Shown here: one piece after another, positions 41,103 to 50,384 of the stretch
Numbering within the stretch: the first letter of the stretch is position 1
Layout: every line of letters starts with the position of its first letter
Assembly: GCA_965198235.1 (NCBI GenBank)
Contig: OZ240248.1
Coordinates: 3,008,001 to 3,072,000, forward strand
DNA from: Candidatus Poribacteria bacterium
GTDB lineage: Bacteria; Poribacteria; WGA-4E; WGA-3G
Length of the DNA stretch: 64,000 bases
Direction of reading: 5' to 3'
Notes under the pieces: generated by a model
Told to the model about the DNA's origin: nothing
Database searches by the model: none
What the model saw: only the letters and a program-made list of their open reading frames with translations
Position numbers and translations under genes: made by a program

Positions 41103-41309
41103 ACGCGTTCAGGAAAAGCGTGGAAGGTTGGAAACGGGATCTTCACACAGAGTAATTCTTCTCTTCTTCCATCCTTCTGTTCTTTGGATTGGCGTGTAAG
41201 CGCAACCGGGGTCCCCACCCGTTACTGGGAAGGGGCGGGCGCGCTGGATATACGGGTGGAACGTTATCATTACGACTCACCTGACCGAACCGCAAGGGAA
41301 AGTAAAAAA

Positions 41310-42596
41310 ATGTCAATGTACATTGCCCACGGTGGAAAAGACACCGTTATCACATCTGAAGAGAAACGCGCACTTCTACGCGAGGTACTCCTCAAGTTAG
41401 GCGGTGTTCCAAAGAAGATATTGGTAATCCCGCCGGATATAACACGCCTCCACTCAAACGCTGGCGAACTCACCCAACTGCTCTACGAATTGTGGGATGC
41501 CGCAAACGGCACCACGTTCGATATCCTTCCCGCTATCGGTACGCATGCTCCGATGAGCGAACCCCAAATTGCTGAGATGTACGGCGATCTGCCCAAAGCG
41601 ACCTATCATGTCCATCACTGGCGGACTGGACTACACCACTTCGGTGAAGTGCCATCCGAGTTCGTGCAGGAAGTTTCGGGAGGCAAACTCGATTACAGCA
41701 TTCCTGTCGCCGTCAATCGCCGTCTCGTAGAGGGAAACTACGAACTCATCATCTCCGTCGGACAGGTGATTCCGCATGAGGTTATCGGTATCGCCAATGG
41801 ATTTAAGAACATCCTCGTCGGTGCGGGTGGTGTTGAGATGATCAACAAATCCCATTTTTTAGGTGCCGTAGACGGAATGGAACGACTTATGGGACGGACG
41901 GATACCTCTGTCAGAAGGGTACTTAATTACGCGCATGCACACTACCTGAAGCAGCTCGGTATTGTGTATGTTATGAGTGTCATGGATGCCGATAATTCTG
42001 GAGAACGCGTAATGCGTGGACTTTACGTCGGTGATGATGCGTACACTTTTGAGACTGCTGCCGAATTGAGCAGAGCCGTTAATATGACGTTCTTAGACGA
42101 ACCTTTAGCAAAAGTAGTCGTCTATTTGGATCCGAGGGAGTTCAAAAGCACATGGCTCGGTAACAAGGCGATCTATCGCACCCGGATGGCGATGGCGGAC
42201 GATGGCGAGTTGATTATCATCGCACCCGGACTCCGTGAATTCGGTGAGGACGCTGAAATCGATAGGCTCATCCGGAAGTATGGCTATCGAGGCACACCCA
42301 CAACGCTCAATGCTGTCTCAGAAAACCCGGAGTTGCAAGACAACCTTTCCGCCGCTGCACACTTGATTCACGGTAGTACCGAAGGACGTTTCAAGGTCAC
42401 CTACGCGACCGAACACCTCACCCAAGCCGAAATTGAATCGGTCGGCTACCAATGGGCACCTGTGGACGAAGTGCTTGCCGAATACAATCCCGAAATGCTT
42501 ATCGATGGGTTCAACGATGGCGGTTTCTTCTACATTAGCGAACCCGGACAAGGTTTGTGGGCATTGCGCTCTCGGTTTGGTAGGAGGGGTTTGTAA
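41310..42596 (+). CDS. Lactate racemase (LarA/DUF2088)-domain protein
   Basis: VIPPDITR, PAIGTHAPM, VIPHEVIG..NGFKNILVG. Confidence 0.8.
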   Translation: MSMYIAHGGKDTVITSEEKRALLREVLLKLGGVPKKILVIPPDITRLHSNAGELTQLLYELWDAANGTTFDILPAIGTHAPMSEPQIAEMYGDLPKATYHVHHWRTGLHHFGEVPSEFVQEVSGGKLDYSIPVAVNRRLVEGNYELIISVGQVIPHEVIGIANGFKNILVGAGGVEMINKSHFLGAVDGMERLMGRTDTSVRRVLNYAHAHYLKQLGIVYVMSVMDADNSGERVMRGLYVGDDAYTFETAAELSRAVNMTFLDEPLAKVVVYLDPREFKSTWLGNKAIYRTRMAMADDGELIIIAPGLREFGEDAEIDRLIRKYGYRGTPTTLNAVSENPELQDNLSAAAHLIHGSTEGRFKVTYATEHLTQAEIESVGYQWAPVDEVLAEYNPEMLIDGFNDGGFFYISEPGQGLWALRSRFGRRGL

Positions 42597-42633
42597 CCCC
42601 GAAACGAATTTCCATAGGAAGAAGGAGAACAGA

Positions 42634-42852
42634 ATGCAACCCTTCAAGATTATTGTCGAAAAACATACCGATGGCTATGTCGCCTATCCACTCGGATTGA
42701 AAGGTGTTGTTATAGGTCAAGGCGACACCTACGAGGAGAGTGTTGCGGATGTCACTTCAGCAATTCGGTTTTATATTGAGACTTTCGGAAAAGAGGAACT
42801 TGAAATTGAGGAACCTGCCTTGGACGTTTTCGTAACTGAAGTGAATATCTAA
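42634..42852 (+). CDS. HicB-like antitoxin (short)
   Basis: DGYVAYPLGLKGVVIGQGDTYEE; AAGGAG SD. Confidence 0.8.
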   Translation: MQPFKIIVEKHTDGYVAYPLGLKGVVIGQGDTYEESVADVTSAIRFYIETFGKEELEIEEPALDVFVTEVNI

Positions 42853-43091
42853 TGCTTCGTTTTCCAACAGATGCCCCAAAAAACAGAGTTATCCGTGCAT
42901 TAGAACGATTAGGATATCGCATAATCCGTGAACGGAATCATATTTGTATGACGCGTGAAAATTCAGATGGGAGTCGAAGTGTATTGGTTCTGCCAAATCA
43001 TCGTCGTATCAAAGGCTCAACTTTGCGCCGAATTTGTACGCAGGCTGGAATTTCCAGAGATGCTTTTCTGGAAGCTTATAATCTGATATGA
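42852..43091 (+). CDS. HicA-like toxin
   Basis: VIRALERLGY..IRE.NHI.M, LPNHRRIKGSTLRRI. Confidence 0.85.
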   Translation: MLRFPTDAPKNRVIRALERLGYRIIRERNHICMTRENSDGSRSVLVLPNHRRIKGSTLRRICTQAGISRDAFLEAYNLI

Positions 43092-43092
43092 A

Positions 43093-43176
43093 GATGGGTT
43101 CAATAACTGCGTTTTTTTCTACATCAGCGAACCTGGACAAGGCTTATGGACACTGCGATCACAGTTCAATAAGTAG
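43093..43176 (+). repeat. Diverged direct copy of the larA-like 3' end
   Basis: DGFNNCVFFYISEPGQGLWTLRSQFNK* vs DGFNDGGFFYISEPGQGLWALRSRF at 42504-42578. Confidence 0.85.
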
Positions 43177-43199
43177 ATAACGTGTCGTAATCATCGAAA

Positions 43200-43560
43200 T
43201 TGGGGCACCCAGTGCAAAGTCCAAATCCGCGGATAGTTTCTCAGGAAATAGACAGAAATACGGATGTCACCACTTGGGTACTTCCAGAAGGGGCAATTGC
43301 CCGATTAGGACGTGGAAGAGTAGGTGCTGTTGGATTTTCTCCAGATGGAGAGCACCTCGCTATCGTCCCAGTCGCATCCCAATTACTTTTTCACCTGACG
43401 GAAGGCTCCTCATAGGAGCAACCCCCGAAAATACCTTTTCAGTCTGGGATATCGAAACAGGTGAATGTCTTTCTCACCTCACCCAACATTCAGCCATGGT
43501 GATCGCGCTGCTTTTTTCACCATGCGGTGAGTTCCTAACCTCGACTGGATTTTCGGCTAC
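43200..43560 (+). pseudogene. Degenerate WD40-repeat protein fragment
   Basis: DVTTWVLPEGAIARLGRG, FSPDG motifs, VWDIETG split over two frames. Confidence 0.7.
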
Positions 43561-44030
43561 CGTTTGGGCGTTGATCAGTTGGAGTGTCAGGGGGTTGGTC
43601 AGTTGGAGCCTGATAAGCGTTTTCCTCTTTTATGGGGGGCGATTATTTTCCGATGGCAAGGGGGTTTTCCAAAATTTCTTTAAGATGATAGGTATGTGCC
43701 ATCTCGTTCTGTTGGCAAGCACATGAGGTCACTTCATTTTCACTTTAATCAATATCCCGGCTGATTCTACAGTAGAAGTACCGACTACTACTGAGTGGTT
43801 GACTATGGCATTGATTCTCCTTGTAGGTTACATCTGTTTCGCGGTTAGCCTCGTAGCAGCGGTTCAAACTTTTTTTGAAATTGGGTGGGTTCACGCTTTT
43901 TGTAACGTATGTGTCTCTTATGTTATTTATAGGATTTTGAGAATTTTGAGTCATGCCTTGTGGTATGCTCTGTTTAATTCTGACAATTTTGTTTTGAGAT
44001 CATATCCAACCGACCCGATTTTCCCATAAC

Positions 44031-44738
44031 CTAATGTGGTATCAGCATTTCAGGCAATTCGGACAGGCTCTGAATCGTTTCTTTCCATCTATCTGTTTGT
44101 GTGCTGTCTCGGTCAATCAGTATCGGACGAATCCCTACACCTTGCGCTCCGATGATATCCGCCTCGTAAGTGTCCCCAACATGGACAACTTCTTCCGCCG
44201 AAGCACCGACTGCCGCGAGCGCATAGTTAAAGATATGCGGATCGGGTTTCTCGGACCTGACGCGTGCGTCATGCGAGGCGACAATCGCATCAAAATAGTG
44301 AGCAATGCCGAGTCGTTCGGTAAGCGGATCCAACGGTGTATCCCAATTTGAAACAATCGCTAACTTGAAGCCTTCATCTCGAAAATGTTGAAGTGTCGGA
44401 ACGACATCATCGTAAAGCGTAGCACTGTTCGCCGCAAAGAGGTAGTGCCCAGATTGCAGCAGTTCCCACGCTATTTGCTCCACGTGCTTCTCAATGCCAA
44501 CTTCTCTTATAAATTCACATTCTCGCATCATCACAGTTATCAACGATTCCAGCAGAGAATAATGGATAGTAGGTTCGGGGGCCGATGTGCCGGCAAAGAG
44601 TTTCTTTATTGCTGTGTCACAGCGTTCCCAATTGACCTCAACACCATACCTTTCAGCGATTCTTTCAAGGTTTTCTTCAAGTGAATGCCTATGAAAACAC
44701 AATGTTTCGTAAAAATCAAAGAAGACAGCCTTTACCAT
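44031..44738 (-). CDS. HAD-superfamily hydrolase
   Basis: AVFFDFYETL, IVSNWD, KPDPHIF, HVGDTYEADI. Confidence 0.9.
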   Translation of the reverse strand: MVKAVFFDFYETLCFHRHSLEENLERIAERYGVEVNWERCDTAIKKLFAGTSAPEPTIHYSLLESLITVMMRECEFIREVGIEKHVEQIAWELLQSGHYLFAANSATLYDDVVPTLQHFRDEGFKLAIVSNWDTPLDPLTERLGIAHYFDAIVASHDARVRSEKPDPHIFNYALAAVGASAEEVVHVGDTYEADIIGAQGVGIRPILIDRDSTQTDRWKETIQSLSELPEMLIPH

Positions 44739-44750
44739 AATTTCCTTGCT

Positions 44751-45464
44751 TTATACACCAGCACGACCCGAAAGCAGTTCTGGTAATTTAGACAAACTCT
44801 GAATCGTCTCTTTCCATCTGCCGACTTGTGTGCCGTCTCGGTCGATGAGTATTGGACGAATCCCCGCATTTCTTGCCCCAAGGATGTCCGCTTCATAAGT
44901 ATCCCCAACATGAACCGCTTCCGCCGCCGAAACTCCGACCGCTGTGAGCGTGTAGTTGAAAATATGCGGATCCGGTTTTGCTGACAGGACGCGCGCATCG
45001 TGTGAGGCGACAATTATATCGAAATAGTGGGCGATACCGAGCCTCTCAGTAAGTGGATCCAAGGGTGTATCCCAATTTGAAACAATCGCTAACTTAAAGC
45101 CCGCATCTCGCAAATATTGAAGTGTCGGAACGGCGTCATCGTAAAGCATAGCATTGCTTGCTGCAAAGAGCGAATGCTCGGATTGCAACAGTTCCCACGT
45201 CATCTGTTCTACATGTTCTTGAACCCCAAGCTCCCTGATAAATTTATAATAACTCTCAATGATTTCTTGCATTGTTCCGAGAAGGGAATGTTCGGTAGGA
45301 TCGGAACCTGACGCATCGGCGTAGAGGTTCTCACGTGCCGTTGCATAACGTTCCCAGTCAATTTCAAACCGGTACCGTTCTGCAATTTTTTGGAGACTCG
45401 CCTCAAGTGGCTGTCCCCAAACACACAATGTCGAGTAAAAGTCAAAGAAAACGGCTTTTATCAT
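44751..45464 (-). CDS. HAD-superfamily hydrolase (tandem paralogue)
   Basis: AVFFDFYSTL, IVSNWD, KPDPHIF, HVGDTYEADI. Confidence 0.9.
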   Translation of the reverse strand: MIKAVFFDFYSTLCVWGQPLEASLQKIAERYRFEIDWERYATARENLYADASGSDPTEHSLLGTMQEIIESYYKFIRELGVQEHVEQMTWELLQSEHSLFAASNAMLYDDAVPTLQYLRDAGFKLAIVSNWDTPLDPLTERLGIAHYFDIIVASHDARVLSAKPDPHIFNYTLTAVGVSAAEAVHVGDTYEADILGARNAGIRPILIDRDGTQVGRWKETIQSLSKLPELLSGRAGV

Positions 45465-45486
45465 GATTTTTTTGGGATGTTCGTCT

Positions 45487-46173
45487 TTAGATGTAGCGGG
45501 TCGGATCGGGAATCCCTGCCTCTTTAAAGCCTCTCTTTCGGAGCAGGCAACTATCACATCCGCCACATGCTTTGCCTTCAGTATCTGGATCGTAGCAACT
45601 TAGAGTGAGGCTGTAATCGACACCGAGTGCTGTGCCAATTTGAATAATCTCCGCCTTCGTTTTATCAATAAGTGGGGCGCGAATTCTCAATTTCGTTTTA
45701 CCTTCAACGCCGGCTTGTGTCGCGAGGTTTGCCATTGTTTGATAGGCATCTATATATTCCGGGCGACAATCCGGATAGCCACTGTAATCAATAGCGTTGG
45801 CTCCGATAAAAATGGTATCAGAGGTGAGAACTTCAGCATAAGCGAGCGCGTAGGAGAGAAAAATTGTGTTTCGGGCGGGGACGTAGGTTATCGGGATGCC
45901 ATTTCCCATTTCTGTCCCAGATCTGTCCTTTGGAACTTCGATATTTGCCGTCAATGCTGATGATCCGAAGGTCCGTAGGTCAATGTCAACGACTATGTGT
46001 TGTCTGGTGCCTAATGCCTTTGCGATGTTTTTGGCACACTGTAGTTCCATTGTGTGTCGCTGACCGTACCGAAAACTCATGCAATATGTATCGTAATCTT
46101 CATCGCGGGCGATAGCGAGCGTTGTTGTTGAGTCTAAGCCGCCACTCAATAGGACGACTGCTTTTTTACGCAA
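45487..46173 (-). CDS. queC: 7-cyano-7-deazaguanine synthase
   Basis: [28 protein letters not shown]...CGGCDSC. Confidence 0.95.
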   Translation of the reverse strand: MRKKAVVLLSGGLDSTTTLAIARDEDYDTYCMSFRYGQRHTMELQCAKNIAKALGTRQHIVVDIDLRTFGSSALTANIEVPKDRSGTEMGNGIPITYVPARNTIFLSYALAYAEVLTSDTIFIGANAIDYSGYPDCRPEYIDAYQTMANLATQAGVEGKTKLRIRAPLIDKTKAEIIQIGTALGVDYSLTLSCYDPDTEGKACGGCDSCLLRKRGFKEAGIPDPTRYI

Positions 46174-46245
46174 TTCTTTTCCTTTTTTAATTGTTCCTTG
46201 CGGTTAGATATCGTGGTTGAAACTTTGGCGTTTTTTTCTTAAATC

Positions 46246-46337
46246 TGAAGAAATCCGCAGAAATCCACAGAAACACCCTATCAAAAACCCCAAGCAATAC
46301 GCAGAAATACCCAAGCAAAAACACCCCAAGCAAAAAC
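46246..46337 (+). repeat. Stuttered array of the GAAATCCGCA / GAAACACCCAAGCAAAAAC words
   Basis: Same modules as 16596-16685 in a different order and number. Confidence 0.8.
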
Positions 46338-46465
46338 CCTTCCATTTCATTACAGGCTATGTGTTTTGAGTCAGTAAAGAGGTGTTAGGACTATCGTAGT
46401 CCTCTTGTAACCGATAACCTACAGTGTGGGACGGCACAAAGCCGTCCCTACAGAAGTCTCGCGAG

Positions 46466-46993
46466 TTACGCCTGTTCAAACTCTAATTTTGCGAAACGCA
46501 TAAAGATGCCGCCACCCGGTCTGGCAAGGGGACCGTTGATCGCTAAGCATGCAATAACATGTTTCGCACCCGGTTCCACGCTTTCCGTAACGACAACACG
46601 TTGGGGTGTGTTGAAACCGGAGGCAGCACCACGTCCAGACTCTCCGAATGCAAGGTCAATTTCGCCATCGACCCAGACTTCGCCGTAGTCGTCAATACAC
46701 GTGTGGAACCACACCTGCGACCCAGCGACTGAGACCCCGTTAACTTCCTCTGGAAGCGTCACGGTAATCCGATACCAACCGAAGCAGAGTCCCTCGGAGA
46801 CGCCTGCTTGGATGTCCTCACAATTTTCCCAATCTGAATCGTCATAGTCGGCGAGACGGGCGGGGCTCTCTTTCATTAGATTAACTAAACCCCCATTAGG
46901 TTCACCGGGAACGAGCCCATCGCCATAACGCCATTCGGAATTGGTGAGTTCACGATGTTCCGCATTTTCTAAATCAAGTTCTGCAATAATCAT
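46466..46993 (-). CDS. Hypothetical protein with a galactose-binding-like (GH2 sugar-binding) fold
   Basis: DYDDSDW, GWYRITVTLP, IDDYGEVWVDG. Confidence 0.65.
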   Translation of the reverse strand: MIIAELDLENAEHRELTNSEWRYGDGLVPGEPNGGLVNLMKESPARLADYDDSDWENCEDIQAGVSEGLCFGWYRITVTLPEEVNGVSVAGSQVWFHTCIDDYGEVWVDGEIDLAFGESGRGAASGFNTPQRVVVTESVEPGAKHVIACLAINGPLARPGGGIFMRFAKLEFEQA

Positions 46994-47129
46994 TATGCAT
47001 CCCTTCGTTTTGTAATCGCGGCTTCCAACCGCGGTTTTTGTGGTACAGTGTACACATATTAAGTCCACCTACCGGTTTGTGAAATTAGGTGGTGATCCTC
47101 CCTGAAAAGGGAACAAACACAGCGAAAAC

Positions 47130-48311
47130 TTAATAGTTAAAAGACCAAAGTCTGTAAGCAATACCTGTTGAAAAAATCAGGAAAATTCCTGCGACAATAA
47201 ATGGAACGTGAACAGAGAAGTTAATCAAAAAGCCGCTTGCGACATAGCCGAGAAGAAATCCGGTACTCCACGCTAAATGCGTAAGACCTACTCCGTGTCC
47301 CTTCTCATGAGGCTCGGTAAATTCATTGATAAACCGAGGGATAGTCGTTGAAAGTCCCCACGCCGCGCCTGCGCCGAGTATCCCGAAAACTTCCAGCGCA
47401 ATTAAAGAATCGTGAAAGAACGCCACACCAAAAGCGAGGAGTGTAACAAGTGCGTTCGCCACGAGGGCAGGCGTGCGATGCCCAACTGCATCACATATTC
47501 TCCCAACAGCCAATTGGCACACAAAAGCAAACAGCAGACTCATCGCACCGTAGTAACCTGTCGCTTTGACCCCAGCGATACGGGCGATCAAGATCGGAAT
47601 GAGCAAGTTCACAGATCCCCAATAGTAGGTCGGGAAAACACGTAAACCGATCAGCATCTGTATGTTCCGCCGCCGACTCAGATCGAGGTATGCCGCGACG
47701 TTAAGGGTTGATTTCCATATCCCGTCGCGCCTCCGTTGAGTGCTGGAAGATTGTTGTGCCAACCGAGGGAGAAAGAGACACGCACCTATGAATAGCAAAC
47801 CTGCCAAAGCCACAGCACCGATTCCGAAAACACTATAGTCGATGCGGTCGATGACTTCGCCTGCGATAGCACTTCCAACAGCACTCCCGACAGTCATATT
47901 GATAAAGTACCATCCTGTCGCCCACCCCAATCGGTTTGATGGCACAACGCTGATGAGATAGGTTTGACCACCCGCAGTTTTGAACCCGGATGCGATGCCT
48001 TCATAACAGAGGATGCCCCAGATAAACAACGGCGTTTCTGTCGTGAAAAGCCCACCTACGACGATCGCACCTGTCATTCCGATGAGTATAGTCGGTTTCC
48101 GTCCGAATCGATCGCTGAGCGTTCCCCCTATCAGTGCCGAGATACCACCTAACCCGATAGGCAGTGCGCGCAACAACGCTGCAAACAGTGCCGTCTCTTC
48201 TAAAATCGTCTCCGCGTAGACCGGAAACAGCATCTGGACCGGTCCTGTTACCAAACCGACAACGAACACGATGGCACAAAGAAGAATAAAACCGCGACTC
48301 CACATCTTCAA
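47130..48311 (-). CDS. MFS transporter
   Basis: GTLSDRFGRK motif A, ~12 hydrophobic segments. Confidence 0.9.
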   Translation of the reverse strand: MKMWSRGFILLCAIVFVVGLVTGPVQMLFPVYAETILEETALFAALLRALPIGLGGISALIGGTLSDRFGRKPTILIGMTGAIVVGGLFTTETPLFIWGILCYEGIASGFKTAGGQTYLISVVPSNRLGWATGWYFINMTVGSAVGSAIAGEVIDRIDYSVFGIGAVALAGLLFIGACLFLPRLAQQSSSTQRRRDGIWKSTLNVAAYLDLSRRRNIQMLIGLRVFPTYYWGSVNLLIPILIARIAGVKATGYYGAMSLLFAFVCQLAVGRICDAVGHRTPALVANALVTLLAFGVAFFHDSLIALEVFGILGAGAAWGLSTTIPRFINEFTEPHEKGHGVGLTHLAWSTGFLLGYVASGFLINFSVHVPFIVAGIFLIFSTGIAYRLWSFNY

Positions 48312-48412
48312 AGTAGTCGTCAGCCATCAGCAATCAGTAAATCGGACTCTGGCTTATCAGGAGTTCTCTTTACTGAAAGCCGAAAGCAAAGCGACCTGAT
48401 AGCCGATAGCTG

Positions 48413-50047
48413 TTAACAAAAATACCTCATCAGACTATCTGTAATGTTTGGTGCAGCGGTGCCGAGTCCACACGCACTCGTTGCCCTCATAACTGCCCCA
48501 ATCTCCGAAATGAGTGCCTCCGAATTTGGTTGCAAAGGCTCAGACAAAAGTTCTGTCAGTCGATGTGTGCCGATGCGGCAAGGAAAACATTTTCCACAAG
48601 ATTCCTCAGCGAAAAATTCCATTGCGTTGCGTGCGACATCAAGCATATCGCGTGTATCATCAAACACCATAATTCCCGCTGCGCCAAGCATCGCACCCAC
48701 TTTTTGAAAACTCGGTTCATCGATAGTAATATCCAGATCTGCCCCAGCAATAAACCCACCTGATAGTCCTGCTGTCGTAATCGCTTGAATTTCGCGCCCT
48801 TCTGGAGCACCACCTGCCCATTCGTAGAGAAGTGTCTTTAGCGGAAGTCCGAATGGGACCTCGTAGTTCCCCGGTCTCTGGATGTCACCGGAAAGGCTAA
48901 TAATCTTTGTACCTGCCAAGTTTTCGTCACAACTGAGATTTTTATACCACGCTGCGCCGTGTCGTAAAATCTGGACAGCGGCGGCGAGTGTTTCCACGTT
49001 ATTTACAACGGTGGGCAAGTTCTCAAACCCGTGTGTTACAGGGTAAGGCGGACGATTCCTTGGAAACGGATGTTTCCCTTCCAGACTGTTCAATAGCGAC
49101 CCTTCCTCACCGCAGACGTAAGCACCAGCACCCCGTCGAATATAGATATGGAAGTTGAAGTCTTCACCGAGGATGGCATCGCCAAGCAGTCCCGCCGCCT
49201 CTGCTTCTGCGAGTGTGTGTTCAAGTATCTTTAAGGTTTCTGGGTACTCATATCGGAGGTAGATAAACCCGCGCGTCGCACCTGTCGCGTAAGCGGCGAG
49301 CGTCATCCCTTCGATCACGGCGTGTGGGGCGTAATCGAGAATAACTCTATCCTTGAAGCAGCCCGGTTCGCCCTCATCGGCGTTACAAACGATCGTTTTC
49401 GGTTCGCCAGGGGCATTCAAAACCGATTCCCATTTCATACCAGTTGGGAATCCGGCACCACCTCTACCCGCAAGTTGACTCTCTTTAAGCGTTTCAATTA
49501 CATCTGTTTGTGTGAGTGTTGTCAATGCCCGGGTTAACGCTTCATAGCCACCGGTACGTCGGTAGCCCGCTAATGTGTTGTGTTCGGGTTCGCGAATTTC
49601 AGCGAAAATGCATTCTTCGCCATCACTCGGATGTGGCGGTGGCAAAAGGGTAGGTTGCACGGAGAGGGTGTCTACCTGTTTCCCGACGAGTACCTGATGC
49701 CCTTTCAGCACTGGTACACAATCGTCGCACCTTCCGGCACACGGCATTGGGGTCGCGCCTTCATTTTCGAGTGCCTCAAGGATTTCCATTCCACCTTGCA
49801 ACCGACACACGGGTCCAGTACAGACGCGCGGCGCGCTCTGTCCTGGGGCTTCATGGGCAAAATGGTGGTAAAACGTTAACGTACCGAAAAGTTCAGCGAG
49901 TGGAATCCGAAGTCCGACTGCGATGTCGCGAAGAACTGCCTCCGATATAAACCCGTCTCGGTCGTGGAAGGCGTGTAGCAATGCGAGCAGTGGCGCCGGT
50001 TCATCGCGCCACTGTGCAATCACTTCTCGATTCGTCGGAGCTGCCAT
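48413..50047 (-). CDS. NuoE-NuoF fusion (NADH-binding flavoprotein with 2Fe-2S and 4Fe-4S sites)
   Basis: VCTGPVC/CAGRC; GRGGAGFPTG, CNADEGEPG, GAGAYVCGEE, ESCGKCFPCRIG, CGLG. Confidence 0.9.
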   Translation of the reverse strand: MAAPTNREVIAQWRDEPAPLLALLHAFHDRDGFISEAVLRDIAVGLRIPLAELFGTLTFYHHFAHEAPGQSAPRVCTGPVCRLQGGMEILEALENEGATPMPCAGRCDDCVPVLKGHQVLVGKQVDTLSVQPTLLPPPHPSDGEECIFAEIREPEHNTLAGYRRTGGYEALTRALTTLTQTDVIETLKESQLAGRGGAGFPTGMKWESVLNAPGEPKTIVCNADEGEPGCFKDRVILDYAPHAVIEGMTLAAYATGATRGFIYLRYEYPETLKILEHTLAEAEAAGLLGDAILGEDFNFHIYIRRGAGAYVCGEEGSLLNSLEGKHPFPRNRPPYPVTHGFENLPTVVNNVETLAAAVQILRHGAAWYKNLSCDENLAGTKIISLSGDIQRPGNYEVPFGLPLKTLLYEWAGGAPEGREIQAITTAGLSGGFIAGADLDITIDEPSFQKVGAMLGAAGIMVFDDTRDMLDVARNAMEFFAEESCGKCFPCRIGTHRLTELLSEPLQPNSEALISEIGAVMRATSACGLGTAAPNITDSLMRYFC

Positions 50048-50089
50048 CTATTTCTCCAGTCCTGTGACACAAAGAGTGGTTTTTTATGT

Positions 50090-50118
50090 ATCTTACCAAT
50101 TTTCTGGCTTCGCGTCAA
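50090..50118 (-). promoter_or_regulatory. Sigma70 promoter candidate for the nuoEF-like gene
   Basis: TTGACG-N17-TAAGAT on the minus strand. Confidence 0.55.
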
Positions 50119-50384
50119 CGCTTTTTTGGTTTCGTTTGGGGCACTTAGTTTTGTAGAAACGCCCTTTACACTCCACGATAGCCGTCCTAAGAGCAATCTC
50201 CTGACCGCAACTTCTTACCGCTGGCGAGGTTTCCAAACCTCGTCTTTCTTAACTTAGTCCTGTAAGGACGATATGTTTATAGAAATCACGATTTCCAAAC
50301 CCACCAGCCCTGTAAGGGCGGTATGTGTATAGATGCTGAGATGAGAAGAAATTAAACAGCTCTAAATCCTATTCGGTCGGATTC

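Noticed and set aside
43799-44029. 76-aa hydrophobic ORF
   Set aside because: Could be a small membrane protein, but there is no motif or clear SD, so it is not listed as a feature.
46174-46260. preQ1 riboswitch upstream of queC
   Set aside because: No recognisable hairpin/loop consensus; the A-rich tract resembles the repeat end seen at 41288-41309.
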